Source of the DNA: Pseudomonadota bacterium
GTDB lineage: Bacteria; Pseudomonadota; Gammaproteobacteria; Pseudomonadales; Moraxellaceae
Direction: 5' to 3'
NCBI GenBank assembly: GCA_021851865.1
Contig: JAJZBU010000011.1
Location: 1,631 to 65,630, forward strand
Length of the DNA: 64,000 bases
The notes under the pieces were generated by a model, which saw nothing but the letters and a program-made list of their open reading frames with translations, had not been told where the DNA came from and did not search any database. The position numbers and the translations under genes are program-made. Positions 51,125 to 64,000 of the stretch are shown one piece after another. Position 1 is the stretch's first letter, and each line of letters opens with the position of its first letter.

Positions 51125-51894
51125 GAGCTGCTCTCCTGGTCTTGGGTCTGGGCATGCTTTGCTTGGGTGGCTGCGTTTTGCAGACCTTGCCCTCGGACAA
51201 GACCAATCTGGCGCAGGCGGCGCATATTCGCAATGCCATCGCTTTGCAGTACTTGCAGATGGGCGACCCGGGCAAGGCGGAGAGCGAGCTCAATGCCGCG
51301 ATCAAGCTCGACTCGCATGTGCCGCAGATCTACAACAGTCTCGGCCTGGTGTATGAGGACGAGCATGATGCCGTCAATGCCGACAAGAACTACCGCAAGG
51401 CTTTGTGGATGGACAGCCATAATGGCCAATTCAATGTCGATTACGGCAGCTTTCTTTTCCGTCAGGGGCGCCTCGCGGCGGCCTGTGAGCATTTCCACAA
51501 GGCGGCGGACAATCTCGACTATGACCGGCGTGACGCCGCTTTTGAAAATCTCGGCTTGTGTTATGAGCAGGAGCATGACCTGACGAAGGCGGGGGAGTAT
51601 TTTCAGCGCGCTCTCGCCCTCAATGGCAAATTGCCGGTGGCGACCATCGAGTACGCCAATCTGCTCTTTGATCAGGGTGACACCGTGCGCGCGGCACGTG
51701 GTTATGCGCGGTTTCTCGTGCTCATCCACGGTCATGCGCAGTCGGCGCGTAGCCTGTGGCTGGGCATCCGCCTGGCGCGTCTGCGCGGTGATGCAGTGAC
51801 GGCGGCCAGCTATGCCGAGACTTTGCACCAGCTCTATCCGCAAAGTCCGGAGTATGGACTTTATCTACAATCGCTCAATGCGCAGCATCCTTAA
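51121..51894 (+). CDS. pilW: Type IV pilus biogenesis/stability TPR lipoprotein PilW (PilF)
   Basis: Lipobox LGGC and TPR repeats. Its position between rlmN and rodZ matches Pseudomonas. Confidence 0.8.
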   Translation: MRAALLVLGLGMLCLGGCVLQTLPSDKTNLAQAAHIRNAIALQYLQMGDPGKAESELNAAIKLDSHVPQIYNSLGLVYEDEHDAVNADKNYRKALWMDSHNGQFNVDYGSFLFRQGRLAAACEHFHKAADNLDYDRRDAAFENLGLCYEQEHDLTKAGEYFQRALALNGKLPVATIEYANLLFDQGDTVRAARGYARFLVLIHGHAQSARSLWLGIRLARLRGDAVTAASYAETLHQLYPQSPEYGLYLQSLNAQHP

Positions 51895-51911
51895 ATGCAA
51901 GAGGTCGCGCC

Positions 51912-52793
51912 ATGGATACGCTCAACGGCAATGATACGAAGCAACATGATGAGGCCCGTTCTTTTCTCAATTTCTTGCCGGGGCAGCGACTCAAGCGTGG
52001 GCGTGAGCTGCGCGGGCTGAGCACGGCCGAGGTCGCCGCCAGCTTGAAGTTGTCTTTGCGCTTCATCGAGGCGATCGAGCAGGATCGCTATGATCACTTG
52101 CCTGAGCCGGTCTTCGTGCGCGGCTATATGCGCTCCTATGCGCGTCTGTTGCAACTCGATGAGACGGACGTCGTCGCCAAGTTCGATCAGGCCTTCGAGG
52201 CGCGCCAGGGCATGCTGCAGGAGAGTGATGTGTCGCAGACGCCGCGGCATCGTCGCAGTTTGTCGCGCTTGGCCTGGATCGGTTCCATCGTTCTGGTGCT
52301 GGCCATGCTGGCCGGGGGGTTCATCTGGTCGGCGCGCGAAGACGGCGATCATCCCGAGACGGAGATGCCGCGCTCATCGCTCTTACCGATCAGCGCAGGG
52401 CCGGCTCCGTCTGCAAAGCCTGCGCCGGCATCGTTGCCCGTCACGAGCGCTGCTGTCCCCTCCACCAGTACTGCTTCCGCTGACACCACTCCTGCTGGTT
52501 CCCCCACCACCGCCTTGGCGGCACCGGCGGTGGCAGCGGCGACGCCAACTGGCACGGCGGTGTTGCAGATGAGCTTGCAGGCGGACGCCTGGGTTCAGGT
52601 CAAGGACGCCGATTCGGGCAAGATTTTGCTGTCGGGTATGCAGCATGCAGGGCAGATGGCCTTGCCGGGGCGTGGGCCCTGGCGCCTGCGTATCGGTAAT
52701 GCCGAAGCCGTGCGCCTTGAAAAAAATGGTCAGGCGGTGGACCTGGGGCCTTATATCTATGATCATGTGGCCAGTTTGACGCTACAGCCCTGA
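51912..52793 (+). CDS. rodZ: Cytoskeleton protein RodZ
   Basis: N-terminal HTH (GQRLKRGRELRGLSTAEVAASLKLS), FVRGYMRSYARLL, a TM helix, a Pro/Ala/Ser-rich linker and a C-terminal beta domain. Confidence 0.88.
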   Translation: MDTLNGNDTKQHDEARSFLNFLPGQRLKRGRELRGLSTAEVAASLKLSLRFIEAIEQDRYDHLPEPVFVRGYMRSYARLLQLDETDVVAKFDQAFEARQGMLQESDVSQTPRHRRSLSRLAWIGSIVLVLAMLAGGFIWSAREDGDHPETEMPRSSLLPISAGPAPSAKPAPASLPVTSAAVPSTSTASADTTPAGSPTTALAAPAVAAATPTGTAVLQMSLQADAWVQVKDADSGKILLSGMQHAGQMALPGRGPWRLRIGNAEAVRLEKNGQAVDLGPYIYDHVASLTLQP

Positions 52794-52802
52794 GGAGTCA
52801 TC

Positions 52803-53912
52803 GTGCATCATCCGAGTCCCATCACCCGACGGGTGACGCGCAAGATTTGGGTTGGCAAGGTCGCCGTCGGTGGCGACGCGCCGATCAGCGTGCAGACCAT
52901 GACCAACACCGATACCTGTGACATCGCCGCGACGGTGGCCCAGATCCAGCGTTGTGTCGCCGCCGGCGCCGACATGGTGCGCGTCTCGGTGCCGAGCATG
53001 GCGGCGGCGGACGCTCTGGCGCGGATCCGGGCGGAAGTGACGGTGCCGCTCATCGCCGACATTCACTTTGATCATCGCATCGCCCTGGCGGCGGCGCGCG
53101 CCGGCGCCGACTGCCTGCGCATCAATCCCGGCAACATCGGCAGTGACGACAAAGTCCGTGAAGTGGTCGATTGCGCGCGTGATCGCGGCATTCCGCTGCG
53201 TATCGGGGTCAATGCCGGATCCTTGGAGAAGGACCTGCAGAAAAAGTATGGTGAGCCGACGGGGGCAGCCTTGCTGGAGTCGGCCTTGCGCCATATCGAC
53301 ATCCTCGATCGCATGAACTTCCCCGACTTCAAGGTGAGTGTCAAGGCGTCGAATGTGTTTTTGACCCTCGATGCGTATCGTCTGCTGTCGGCGCAGATCG
53401 AGCAGCCCTTGCATCTGGGAGTGACCGAGGCGGGTGTTTTTCGTTCTGGAACGGTCAAGTCGGCGGTCGCTCTTGGTGCCCTGTTGCTCGCCGGCATCGG
53501 TGACACGCTGCGCATTTCCCTGGCGGCGCCACCGGAGGATGAGGTCAAGGTCGGCTTTGATCTGCTCAAGAGCCTCGGTCTGCGTGCTAATGGCATCAAT
53601 TTCATCGCCTGTCCGAGCTGTTCACGGCAGGAGTTCGACGTCATCAAGGTGATGAATGAGCTCGAGGCGAGGTTGGAGGACGTGCGTGCGCCCATGGATG
53701 TGGCGGTCATCGGCTGCAAGGTCAATGGTCCAGGGGAAGCGAAAGAGGCCGATATCGGTATTTGCGGAGCCAGTCCGCGCAGCCTCGTCTATAACGCTGG
53801 CGAAAAGAGCCATTTGATTGCCACGGCGGACATCGTCGATGAGGTTGAGCGCATGGTGCGCGCGCGGTTGGCGACAGAGGCGCGCGTCATCGTCAGAACG
53901 GGAGAAGTATGA
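52803..53912 (+). CDS. ispG: 4-hydroxy-3-methylbut-2-enyl diphosphate synthase
   Basis: GcpE motifs ([23 protein letters not shown]). GTG start with GAGGAG 5 nt upstream. Confidence 0.95.
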   Translation: MHHPSPITRRVTRKIWVGKVAVGGDAPISVQTMTNTDTCDIAATVAQIQRCVAAGADMVRVSVPSMAAADALARIRAEVTVPLIADIHFDHRIALAAARAGADCLRINPGNIGSDDKVREVVDCARDRGIPLRIGVNAGSLEKDLQKKYGEPTGAALLESALRHIDILDRMNFPDFKVSVKASNVFLTLDAYRLLSAQIEQPLHLGVTEAGVFRSGTVKSAVALGALLLAGIGDTLRISLAAPPEDEVKVGFDLLKSLGLRANGINFIACPSCSRQEFDVIKVMNELEARLEDVRAPMDVAVIGCKVNGPGEAKEADIGICGASPRSLVYNAGEKSHLIATADIVDEVERMVRARLATEARVIVRTGEV

Positions 53913-55186
53913 GTACGCATTTGCAGGCCGTGCGCGGCATGAATGATCTTTTGCCAGCACAAGCCACGCTCTGGCAGCGCGTCGAGTCGGTGCTCAGCGA
54001 TGTCATCATGGCCTATGGGTTTCAGGAGATCCGACTGCCCTTGCTCGAGTCGACCGCCTTGTTCGCGCGTGCCATCGGTGAGGTCACCGATATCGTCGAA
54101 AAGGAAATGTATACCTTCGCCGATCGTCATGGCGAGTCCTTGACGCTGCGCCCGGAAGGTACCGCAGGTTGTGTGCGCGCTGTGCTTGAGCACGGCATGT
54201 TGCACCATCAGGTGCACAAGCTCTTCTATCAGGGAGCGATGTTCCGTTATGAACGGCCGCAAAAGGGGCGCTACCGGCAGTTTCATCAGTTCGGTTGCGA
54301 GGTCTTCGGACTGCCCGGCCCGGACATCGATGCCGAACTGATTCTCGCCAGTGCCCGCTGCTGGCGCATGCTCGGCGTCGATGCGCATCTGCGCCTGGAG
54401 ATCAACAGTCTGGGCGATATTGCGGCACGGCAGCGCTATCGCCAGCACTTGGTGGAGTATCTGCAGCGCCACCGCGAGCTTCTCGACGAAGACAGTCTGC
54501 GCCGGCTCGAACATAATCCACTGCGCGTCCTCGACAGCAAGCATCCGCCGATGCAGGAGATGCTGGCGGCGGCGCCGCGGCTGCTCGATCACATCGATGA
54601 CGCGGCGCGCGAGCATTTCGAGTCGCTTTGCGCCTTGTTGCGTCTTGCCGGTATCGAGCCCTGTCTCAATCCGCGCTTGGTGCGCGGGCTTGATTACTAC
54701 AATCGCAGCGTTTTCGAGTGGGTGACCACAGCCCTGGGCGCGCAAGGCACGGTCTGTGCCGGCGGGCGTTATGACGGTCTGGTCGAACAGCTCGGCGGAG
54801 CGGCGACTCCGGCCGTTGGCATGGCCATCGGTCTCGAGCGACTGGTGCTGCTGATGGAAACGATGCAAGGCGGCGAAGAGGTGGCGCAGGCGGATGTCAT
54901 CTTCCTCGGCCAGGGCGAGCGGTTTACACAACTGGCGCTGCCCTTGGCCGAACGTTTGCGCGATGGTCTGCCGGGAGTGCGGGTGCTGTTGGCCTGGGGC
55001 GGTGGCGGCTTCAAGAGTCAGTTTCGCAAAGCCGACCGCAGTGGCGCCCGCTGCGCCCTCATCCTCGGGGAACAGGAAATCGAAGAGGGGCGCGTCGGTA
55101 TCAAGTGGTTACGCGAGGACAGGGAACAGATCCAGGTCACGCAAGAAGAACTCGTCGATCATCTGCGCGTCACTTTGGCATGGTGA
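53909..55186 (+). CDS. hisS: Histidine--tRNA ligase
   Basis: Class II motifs ([31 protein letters not shown]). ATGA overlap with ispG. Confidence 0.95.
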   Translation: MSTHLQAVRGMNDLLPAQATLWQRVESVLSDVIMAYGFQEIRLPLLESTALFARAIGEVTDIVEKEMYTFADRHGESLTLRPEGTAGCVRAVLEHGMLHHQVHKLFYQGAMFRYERPQKGRYRQFHQFGCEVFGLPGPDIDAELILASARCWRMLGVDAHLRLEINSLGDIAARQRYRQHLVEYLQRHRELLDEDSLRRLEHNPLRVLDSKHPPMQEMLAAAPRLLDHIDDAAREHFESLCALLRLAGIEPCLNPRLVRGLDYYNRSVFEWVTTALGAQGTVCAGGRYDGLVEQLGGAATPAVGMAIGLERLVLLMETMQGGEEVAQADVIFLGQGERFTQLALPLAERLRDGLPGVRVLLAWGGGGFKSQFRKADRSGARCALILGEQEIEEGRVGIKWLREDREQIQVTQEELVDHLRVTLAW

Positions 55187-55238
55187 GCGCGGCGGATCGG
55201 GTGATCGGGTATAGTGCGAGAGCGCAATTGATGAGGAG

Positions 55239-55943
55239 ATGGAAGCGGTGAGTCAATACACTGAAGAAGAACAGATCGAGACCTTGAAGCATTTCTGGGA
55301 TGACTATGGCAATGCTTTGCTCTCGCTGCTGTTGCTGGCGGCCATCGCCTTCGCCGGCTGGCGTTTCTGGCAAAGGCATGAGGATCAAGTCGCCCTTGAG
55401 GCGGCGACGCGCTATCAGCACGTGCTCATGGATGCACAGGCTGCGCAGCAGGCGCAGGGCAGTCAGGCCAAGGCGGCGAACACGCTGTTCCAGTCGGATG
55501 CATCGCAACTGTTGCAGGCCACGCCCGACAGCGGCTATGCCGCTCTGACGCGTCTCCTGCTGGCGCGGGCCGCGATCGACCATGGGGATCTGACGGAAGC
55601 CGATCGGCAATTGTCGCAACTGCTGACGCATCGTCCAGAGGCGATGCTGGCGGCGGTGGCGCGCCTGCGCCTCGCCCAGGTCAAGCTCGCCGAGCACCAA
55701 GTGCAGGATGCCCTGGCGGTACTCGCCGAGGTCAAGGATCCGGCTTTCGCCGCCTCGGTTCTGGAGTTGCGCGGTGACGCCTATCAACAGCTGAACCAGA
55801 CGGATGCGGCGCGTCAGGCCTATCTGCAGGCGAAAGACCGTCTGCAGGCGGCGCATCAGCCGGCGCGTCCCCTGCTCGACATGAAAATGGCCGATCTTGG
55901 CGTGGCGCCAGCACCGGCGGATGCAGGAGCCATCGCCCAGTGA
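55239..55943 (+). CDS. yfgM: YfgM-family membrane-anchored TPR-like protein
   Basis: N-terminal EEEQIE..LK.FW motif, one TM helix, and a TPR-like periplasmic domain. It sits between hisS and bamB. Confidence 0.8.
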   Translation: MEAVSQYTEEEQIETLKHFWDDYGNALLSLLLLAAIAFAGWRFWQRHEDQVALEAATRYQHVLMDAQAAQQAQGSQAKAANTLFQSDASQLLQATPDSGYAALTRLLLARAAIDHGDLTEADRQLSQLLTHRPEAMLAAVARLRLAQVKLAEHQVQDALAVLAEVKDPAFAASVLELRGDAYQQLNQTDAARQAYLQAKDRLQAAHQPARPLLDMKMADLGVAPAPADAGAIAQ

Positions 55944-57100
55944 GTCCTTTTCTGCGCCGCTTCATCCTGCTCGGGGTTCTCGCGCTGGCCGCCTGTAGCT
56001 CCGACAAGCCGAAAGAGGTCAAGGCGCGCCCCGTACCGAAGGTGTCGCATCCGGAGTGGCGTATCGTTGAGGACGCTTCGTTTCATATGGGGCATGGCAA
56101 TGGCGCTGAGTTCGTCCTGTTGCGCCCGGCGTTCAGTGCGCGTTGGATGGTGGCGGCGTCCGCTGACGGCTGGGTGAGCGCTTACGGGCGTCAGCATGGG
56201 CGGCGGCACTGGCGAGTTTCCCTGGCGACACCCCTGAGTAGCGGTGTCGCCACGGGCTACGGTCTGGTCGTCGTCGGTGCGCGTGACGGACGGTTGCTGG
56301 CGCTGGCGCTGGATGACGGACATCGTCTGTGGACGGCCAAGCTGCCGGCGGCGCCGATGTCGCTGCCTCTGGTGACGGCGGAGCATGTCTTCGTCGCTTG
56401 CAACGATGGCAGTATCGAGGCCATCGATCCGAAGACAGGGACGCGGCAATGGGTGAGTTCGAGCGAAGTGCCGTCGCTCACTTTGCGCGGCATGGCGACG
56501 CCTTTTTTGCTCGATCATGCCTTGTTTCAGGGGGCGGGCAATGGTCGTCTCCTCGCGCTCGATCCGGACAATGGCCAGCTGATCTGGGATGCCCGCATCG
56601 GCGACAATGAGGGGCGGACCGAGATCGAACGCATGAATGACGTCGATGGCGATTTGGTCATGGACGCCGATACGCTTTACGTTGTCAGTTACCACGGCGG
56701 CCTCGCCGCCATCGACCCGCAGACGGGAAAACATCGCTGGGAATACAAGGTTTCCTCGTGGCAGCCCCTGGCGTATGGTCTCGGCAATGTCTATGTGGTT
56801 ACGGAAAACAGCAGCATCGAGGCGATCGATACGCAGACCGGCAAATCGGTGTGGCGGCAGAATGATCTGCGTGGTCGTCACATCACCGCGGCCGTGGTGG
56901 TGCACGGTGTTCTGCTCGTCGCCGATGATCAGGGCTGGGTCTATGCTTTGTCCCAGATCGATGGCCACTGGCTGGCGAAAGAACATTTCTATCATACCAA
57001 GGGCTTTCTGGCGCCACCGGCGGTCGATGCCAATGAGGTGCTTGTACAGGCACGTTCCGGTCGGGTCATCAGCTTACATCTGCAGCAGGTGCGGCCATGA
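55940..57100 (+). CDS. bamB: Outer-membrane protein assembly factor BamB
   Basis: Lipobox LAAC and PQQ-like beta-propeller repeats. GTGA overlap with yfgM and ATGA overlap with der. Confidence 0.9.
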   Translation: MSPFLRRFILLGVLALAACSSDKPKEVKARPVPKVSHPEWRIVEDASFHMGHGNGAEFVLLRPAFSARWMVAASADGWVSAYGRQHGRRHWRVSLATPLSSGVATGYGLVVVGARDGRLLALALDDGHRLWTAKLPAAPMSLPLVTAEHVFVACNDGSIEAIDPKTGTRQWVSSSEVPSLTLRGMATPFLLDHALFQGAGNGRLLALDPDNGQLIWDARIGDNEGRTEIERMNDVDGDLVMDADTLYVVSYHGGLAAIDPQTGKHRWEYKVSSWQPLAYGLGNVYVVTENSSIEAIDTQTGKSVWRQNDLRGRHITAAVVVHGVLLVADDQGWVYALSQIDGHWLAKEHFYHTKGFLAPPAVDANEVLVQARSGRVISLHLQQVRP

Positions 57101-58485
57101 AGCCGGTCATCGCCCTGATCGGGCGGCCGAATGTCGGCAAGTCGACTCTCTTCAACCAGATGACGCGCAGTCGCGATGCTCTGGTGGCGGATTTTCCTGG
57201 TCTGACGCGTGATCGCAAGTACGGTCATGGCCAGATCGATGACAAGGCCTTCATCGTCATCGATACCGGGGGTCTTGGAGAAGGGGAGAGTGGCGTCGAG
57301 TCGGGTATGGCGGCGCAGTCGCAGGCGGCCATCGCGGAAGCCGACATCCTCTTTTTCATGGTCGATGCGCGCGCCGGCCTGACGCCGGCAGACCAGGCCC
57401 TGGCCGAAGATCTGCGTGCTCGCGAGAAACGGGTGGTCCTGGTGGTCAACAAGACCGACGGGATGGATATTGACGCCGGTATGGCCGAGTTCCATGCGCT
57501 CGGGTTCCGCGAACATTTCGCCATCGCCGCCAGCCATGGCCGTGGCGTGCATCATCTGGTCGAGAGCGTGTTGCTCGATCTGCCGGCGGCGACGGAACTG
57601 GTCGAAGAACAAGCGCCGGGCTTACGCATCGCCGTCGTCGGGCGGCCCAATGTCGGCAAGTCGACGCTGGTCAACCGCTTGCTCGGTGAAGAGCGCGTCG
57701 TCGTCTATGACCTGCCCGGCACCACCCGTGACAGCATCTACATCCCCTTCGAACGGCGTGGCAAAATCTATACCCTGATCGACACCGCTGGTGTCCGTCG
57801 GCGTGGGCGCGTCGATGAAGTGGTCGAGAAGTTCTCGGTCGTCAAGACCTTGCAGGCGATCAAGGATGCGCATGTGGTGCTCGCGGTGCTGGATGCGCGC
57901 GAAGGCGTCGTCGACCAGGATCTGCATCTTCTCGGCTACGCTTTGGAGGCGGGTCGGGCGTTGGTGCTGGCCGTCAACAAATGGGATGGCATGGATGAGT
58001 ACGACCGACAACAGGTGCGTCTGGGCATACAGCGTCGTCTCGGGTTTGTCGATTTCGTGCGCATACATTTCATCTCGGCACGGCATGGCACCGGTGTCGG
58101 CGATCTCTATCCCTCGATCCAGCGCGCTTACGACGCTGCCGCCGTTCGGGTGACGGCGGCGCAGATCACACGCTTGGTCGAGGACGCCATGGAAGCGCAT
58201 CAGCCACCGCTGGTGCGCGGTCGCCGGATCAAGCTGCGTTATGGTCATATGGGTGGGAATTTTCCGCCGACGTTTGTGCTGCACGGCAATCAGACGGAAG
58301 CCATTCCGGCGGCCTATCGGCGTTACCTCGAGAATGTTTTTCGCAAGGCGCTGAAGCTGGAAGGGACGCCTCTGCGGATGGAGTTCAAGACCGGGGACAA
58401 CCCGTTCAAGGACAAAGGACAGCAGCTCAGCGAAAGGCAGATCCACAAACGCAAGCGGTTGATGCGTTTCGTCAAACGCGATTAG
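57097..58485 (+). CDS. der: Ribosome-biogenesis GTPase Der (EngA)
   Basis: Two GTPase domains, each with GRPNVGKST, plus a KH-like C-terminal domain. Confidence 0.95.
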   Translation: MKPVIALIGRPNVGKSTLFNQMTRSRDALVADFPGLTRDRKYGHGQIDDKAFIVIDTGGLGEGESGVESGMAAQSQAAIAEADILFFMVDARAGLTPADQALAEDLRAREKRVVLVVNKTDGMDIDAGMAEFHALGFREHFAIAASHGRGVHHLVESVLLDLPAATELVEEQAPGLRIAVVGRPNVGKSTLVNRLLGEERVVVYDLPGTTRDSIYIPFERRGKIYTLIDTAGVRRRGRVDEVVEKFSVVKTLQAIKDAHVVLAVLDAREGVVDQDLHLLGYALEAGRALVLAVNKWDGMDEYDRQQVRLGIQRRLGFVDFVRIHFISARHGTGVGDLYPSIQRAYDAAAVRVTAAQITRLVEDAMEAHQPPLVRGRRIKLRYGHMGGNFPPTFVLHGNQTEAIPAAYRRYLENVFRKALKLEGTPLRMEFKTGDNPFKDKGQQLSERQIHKRKRLMRFVKRD

Positions 58486-58632
58486 TTTGACAGTATGTCG
58501 GAAAATTGAGCTGTGTCCATCGGTGAGACGAAGGGTGTGCTATTGTAGCGACCTTTTCAGGCACGGACCGAAAAGAAAAGGTTGCGTATAGAACGACAGC
58601 CTTTCAGGCTCAATGGGAGTGGTGACAGGACG

Positions 58633-59880
58633 ATGATCGAGACTTCCCTGCTGGCTTTCGGCCATGAAATCTATCAAGCGCACCGGCATGAATTCTGGGC
58701 CTTTGTCAGCATCCCCCTGGTCGCCGCGAGCGTCACCTGGGTGCATGTATGGTTCGCCATGAAAATGGTGTTCTATCCGCTTGAGTTCGTCGGGATATGG
58801 AAGCCATGGCTGGGTTGGCAAGGCATCGTGCCGCGCAAGGCCGGCAAAATGGCGGCCATCACCGTCGATAATACCTTGGCCAAGCTGGGCAGCCTCGATG
58901 AAGTATTCCGGGAAATGGAGCCGGAACTGATCGCCCGCCACATCAGCAGCGAGTTGCTGGCCAACGTCGAGGATTTCATCGACGAGATCATGAATGAGCA
59001 GAACCGCGTGCTTTGGGAGAATCTGCCCAATGTCATCAAACGTCGTGTCTATGCGCGTGTACGCAAACAGCTGCCGGAGATCTTGGATCATCTGGTCAAG
59101 GACATGAGCGACAACATCGAAGACCTGATGGACCTCAAGCACATGGTGGTGCAGCGGCTTGAGCAGGACAAGGGCTTGATGGTGCGCACCTTTCAGGAAG
59201 TGGGCGATCATGAGATCAAGTTTGTCGTCAATTCTTCCCTATGGATCGGCTTGTTCTTCGGCTGTATCCAGATGCTCTGCTGGCATTTCTGGCCGTATCG
59301 CTGGGGTTTGCCTCTCTACGGCGCGGCGCTCGGCTACCTGACCAACTGGGTGGCGATCAATATGGTCTTTCGCCCGCTCAATCCGATCTATATCGGCCCC
59401 TGGCGCCTGCAAGGCGTGTTCTTGAAGCGACAAAATGAAGTCGCCGACAAGTTCGCGCAATTGTCGACGGAAGAGATGATGACCATCGGCCACATCATGA
59501 CCGAAATGATGACCGGAAAGCGTTCTGATCGTACCCGCGCCATGATCAAGCGGCATCTGACCCCGCTGCTCGAGGGTGGTGTGGTGCGCACCGCTATCCA
59601 GCTGACGGTGGGGCCGCAGGGTTATGCCGACCTCAAGCGCACCGTCGTCGAGAAGGCGACGCAGAAGTCGCTCGAGCCTCTGCAGGATCCGCGCTTCAAT
59701 AAAGACCGGGCGGCGGTGATCGCACGCATCTTTTCGACGCGTATGCGCGCCATGAGCGCCGCCGAGTTTCAGGATCTACTACGCCCGGCTTTTCAGGAAG
59801 ACGAATGGATCATCATCGTGCTCGGGGGAATCTTCGGGTTCATCGCCGGCTGGGTGCAGTTCGTCATCGGCTTTCAGTGA
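58633..59880 (+). CDS. DUF445-family membrane protein
   Basis: N- and C-terminal TM helices flank a long helical region. The WQGIVPRKA motif is typical of DUF445 as I recall it. The start is taken at ATG 58633. Confidence 0.6.
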   Translation: MIETSLLAFGHEIYQAHRHEFWAFVSIPLVAASVTWVHVWFAMKMVFYPLEFVGIWKPWLGWQGIVPRKAGKMAAITVDNTLAKLGSLDEVFREMEPELIARHISSELLANVEDFIDEIMNEQNRVLWENLPNVIKRRVYARVRKQLPEILDHLVKDMSDNIEDLMDLKHMVVQRLEQDKGLMVRTFQEVGDHEIKFVVNSSLWIGLFFGCIQMLCWHFWPYRWGLPLYGAALGYLTNWVAINMVFRPLNPIYIGPWRLQGVFLKRQNEVADKFAQLSTEEMMTIGHIMTEMMTGKRSDRTRAMIKRHLTPLLEGGVVRTAIQLTVGPQGYADLKRTVVEKATQKSLEPLQDPRFNKDRAAVIARIFSTRMRAMSAAEFQDLLRPAFQEDEWIIIVLGGIFGFIAGWVQFVIGFQ

Positions 59881-60716
59881 TCGAGGCCAAGCTGGAGGCG
59901 TAGCTCATCGCTCAACAGCAGGGCGGGGTCGATACGCACATCGTTGAGACTCATCGACCAGTGCAGATGCGGTCCGGTGGCGCGGCCACTGTGACCGGCC
60001 CGCCCCAGTTCCTCACCGGCGTGGAGTATCTGTCCGGGCTGCACTTCGATGCGGCTGAGGTGGCAGTACATGCTGACCAATCCCCGGCCATGATCGATGA
60101 TGACGGTGCCGCCGTTGAAGTAGAGCTCCCGTCCAAGCACGACACGCCCAGGCAGGGGCGTCGTCACCATCTGCCCTTCCTGCGCTTTCAGGTCGAGGCC
60201 GCTGTGCGGCGCGCGTTCCTCTCCATTGAAAAACCGGCGTAGACCGAAGGCGCTGTCGAGAGCTGTCGCGGTGACCGGGAGATGGTCGATGCTGAGGCTC
60301 GGCTCCTGGCCGTCAAAGAGGGCAAAATCGGCGGTCTCTTCCTTCAGCTCGCGATGGATGCGCAGCAACTGGGTGGGTGTTGGGTCCACCATATGCTGGT
60401 TGCTGAGAGTGATGTGTTGCTCAGGATAGGCTTTGTGCTCGATGGTAAAAGCGATGCTCTGGACGATGGGAGAACTCTCCTCGAGGTGTTCGACACCGGC
60501 GGGACGATCGAGCGGTATGCCGACGATGGCGCGCCAGTGTGGCGCGTGTCCGCTGACCAGGACGCGGTGGCCGAGATAGCTGACCTGTGGGCGGCTGTCG
60601 CTGTCCGGCAGGGTGACGGCGGCGATGCCGCCATTGATCGGTGCGATGACCAGAGCCTGCGCCTGCAGGCTGCAGATCAGGAATAAACCGGTGAGACGGC
60701 GGCGCTGCTTGGGCAT
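59874..60716 (-). CDS. M23-family metallopeptidase (secreted)
   Basis: Signal peptide and LytM motifs HSGLD and HSGRATGPHLHW. AAGGAG Shine-Dalgarno. Confidence 0.88.
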   Translation of the reverse strand: MPKQRRRLTGLFLICSLQAQALVIAPINGGIAAVTLPDSDSRPQVSYLGHRVLVSGHAPHWRAIVGIPLDRPAGVEHLEESSPIVQSIAFTIEHKAYPEQHITLSNQHMVDPTPTQLLRIHRELKEETADFALFDGQEPSLSIDHLPVTATALDSAFGLRRFFNGEERAPHSGLDLKAQEGQMVTTPLPGRVVLGRELYFNGGTVIIDHGRGLVSMYCHLSRIEVQPGQILHAGEELGRAGHSGRATGPHLHWSMSLNDVRIDPALLLSDELRLQLGLDH

Positions 60717-60740
60717 ACAGTTCTCCTTAGTTCTTCGTCC

Positions 60741-63736
<2,996 letters not shown>

Positions 63737-63807
63737 GCAGGGCCCAGGAGAGCCTCCTCTCCCGGGTGGGTAGGACACAAGCGGGGCCTGGCCCCCGGCA
63801 GGAATTC

Positions 63808-64000
63808 ATGAGCCGCCACATTCACGACCATCGCATCCTGATTCTCGATTTTGGTTCCCAATACACACAGTTGATCGCGCGGCGTGTGCGCGAGCTCGGC
63901 GTCTATTGTGAGCTCTATGCCTGTGATGCAGGCGAGGAAGCGATCCGTGCTTTTGCACCGCGCGGCATCATTCTCTCCGGTGGGCCGGAAACGGTGACGG
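63808..64000 (+). CDS. guaA: GMP synthase (glutamine-hydrolysing); 3' end cut by the window edge
   Basis: My translation from ATG 63808 reads [37 protein letters not shown]..., the GuaA GATase N-terminus. AGGA Shine-Dalgarno upstream. The ORF is not in the track because no stop lies inside the window. Confidence 0.9.
   Translation, partial: MSRHIHDHRILILDFGSQYTQLIARRVRELGVYCELYACDAGEEAIRAFAPRGIILSGGPETVT

Noticed and set aside
58633-59880. The DUF445 gene looks somewhat less GC-rich, with more A/T-ending codons than its neighbours, which could indicate horizontal acquisition.
   Set aside because: This was judged by eye only. There are no flanking mobility genes, tRNA or repeats, and the Lys/Asn/Ile/Met/Phe-rich composition of the protein could explain it. 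It needs a GC3/codon-adaptation calculation before any claim.

Overview
This is a densely coding, high-GC (over 60% by eye) proteobacterial chromosome segment with about 60 CDS, many joined by ATGA/GTGA start-stop overlaps. Almost all of it is conserved housekeeping, in a gene order typical of Gammaproteobacteria (Pseudomonas-like synteny).

Gene order, left to right:
- livHMGF
- a nucleotide-sugar block (UDP-HexNAc dehydrogenase, UDP-GlcA 4-epimerase, pgi, ugd), then glpK
- a small accessory-looking block (outer-membrane barrel, RDD protein, tandem-receiver protein, DUF815 ATPase, acyl-CoA synthetase, Sel1 protein)
- gatCAB, divergent from mreBCD-maf-rng-yhdP-tadA
- mltF, an orphan MCP, purL, a PII-like small protein and an AraC regulator
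- a decayed HlyD-family gene
- two acyl-CoA dehydrogenases with two Nudix genes, then a gamma-CA-like gene and purT
- suhB, divergent from trmJ-cysE-iscRSUA-hscBA-fdx, followed by ndk-rlmN-pilW-rodZ-ispG-hisS-yfgM-bamB-der
- a DUF445 gene, an M23 peptidase, xseA, then guaB and the start of guaA

I recognised no rRNA, tRNA, CRISPR array, transposase, integrase or phage gene. I do not see a convincing new multi-gene system.

The best leads:
1. The translationally coupled acyl-CoA synthetase / DUF815 AAA+ ATPase / output-less tandem-receiver operon, whose first receiver lacks the phospho-acceptor Asp.
2. The only large non-coding gap (35.3-36.0 kb), which holds a truncated HlyD-family pseudogene and a nested GC-rich inverted repeat.
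3. An 11-nt poly-G tract inside yhdP.
4. A probable heteromeric acyl-CoA dehydrogenase pair flanked by head-to-head Nudix genes.

All function calls come from motif and synteny recognition by eye. No searches or computations were run.
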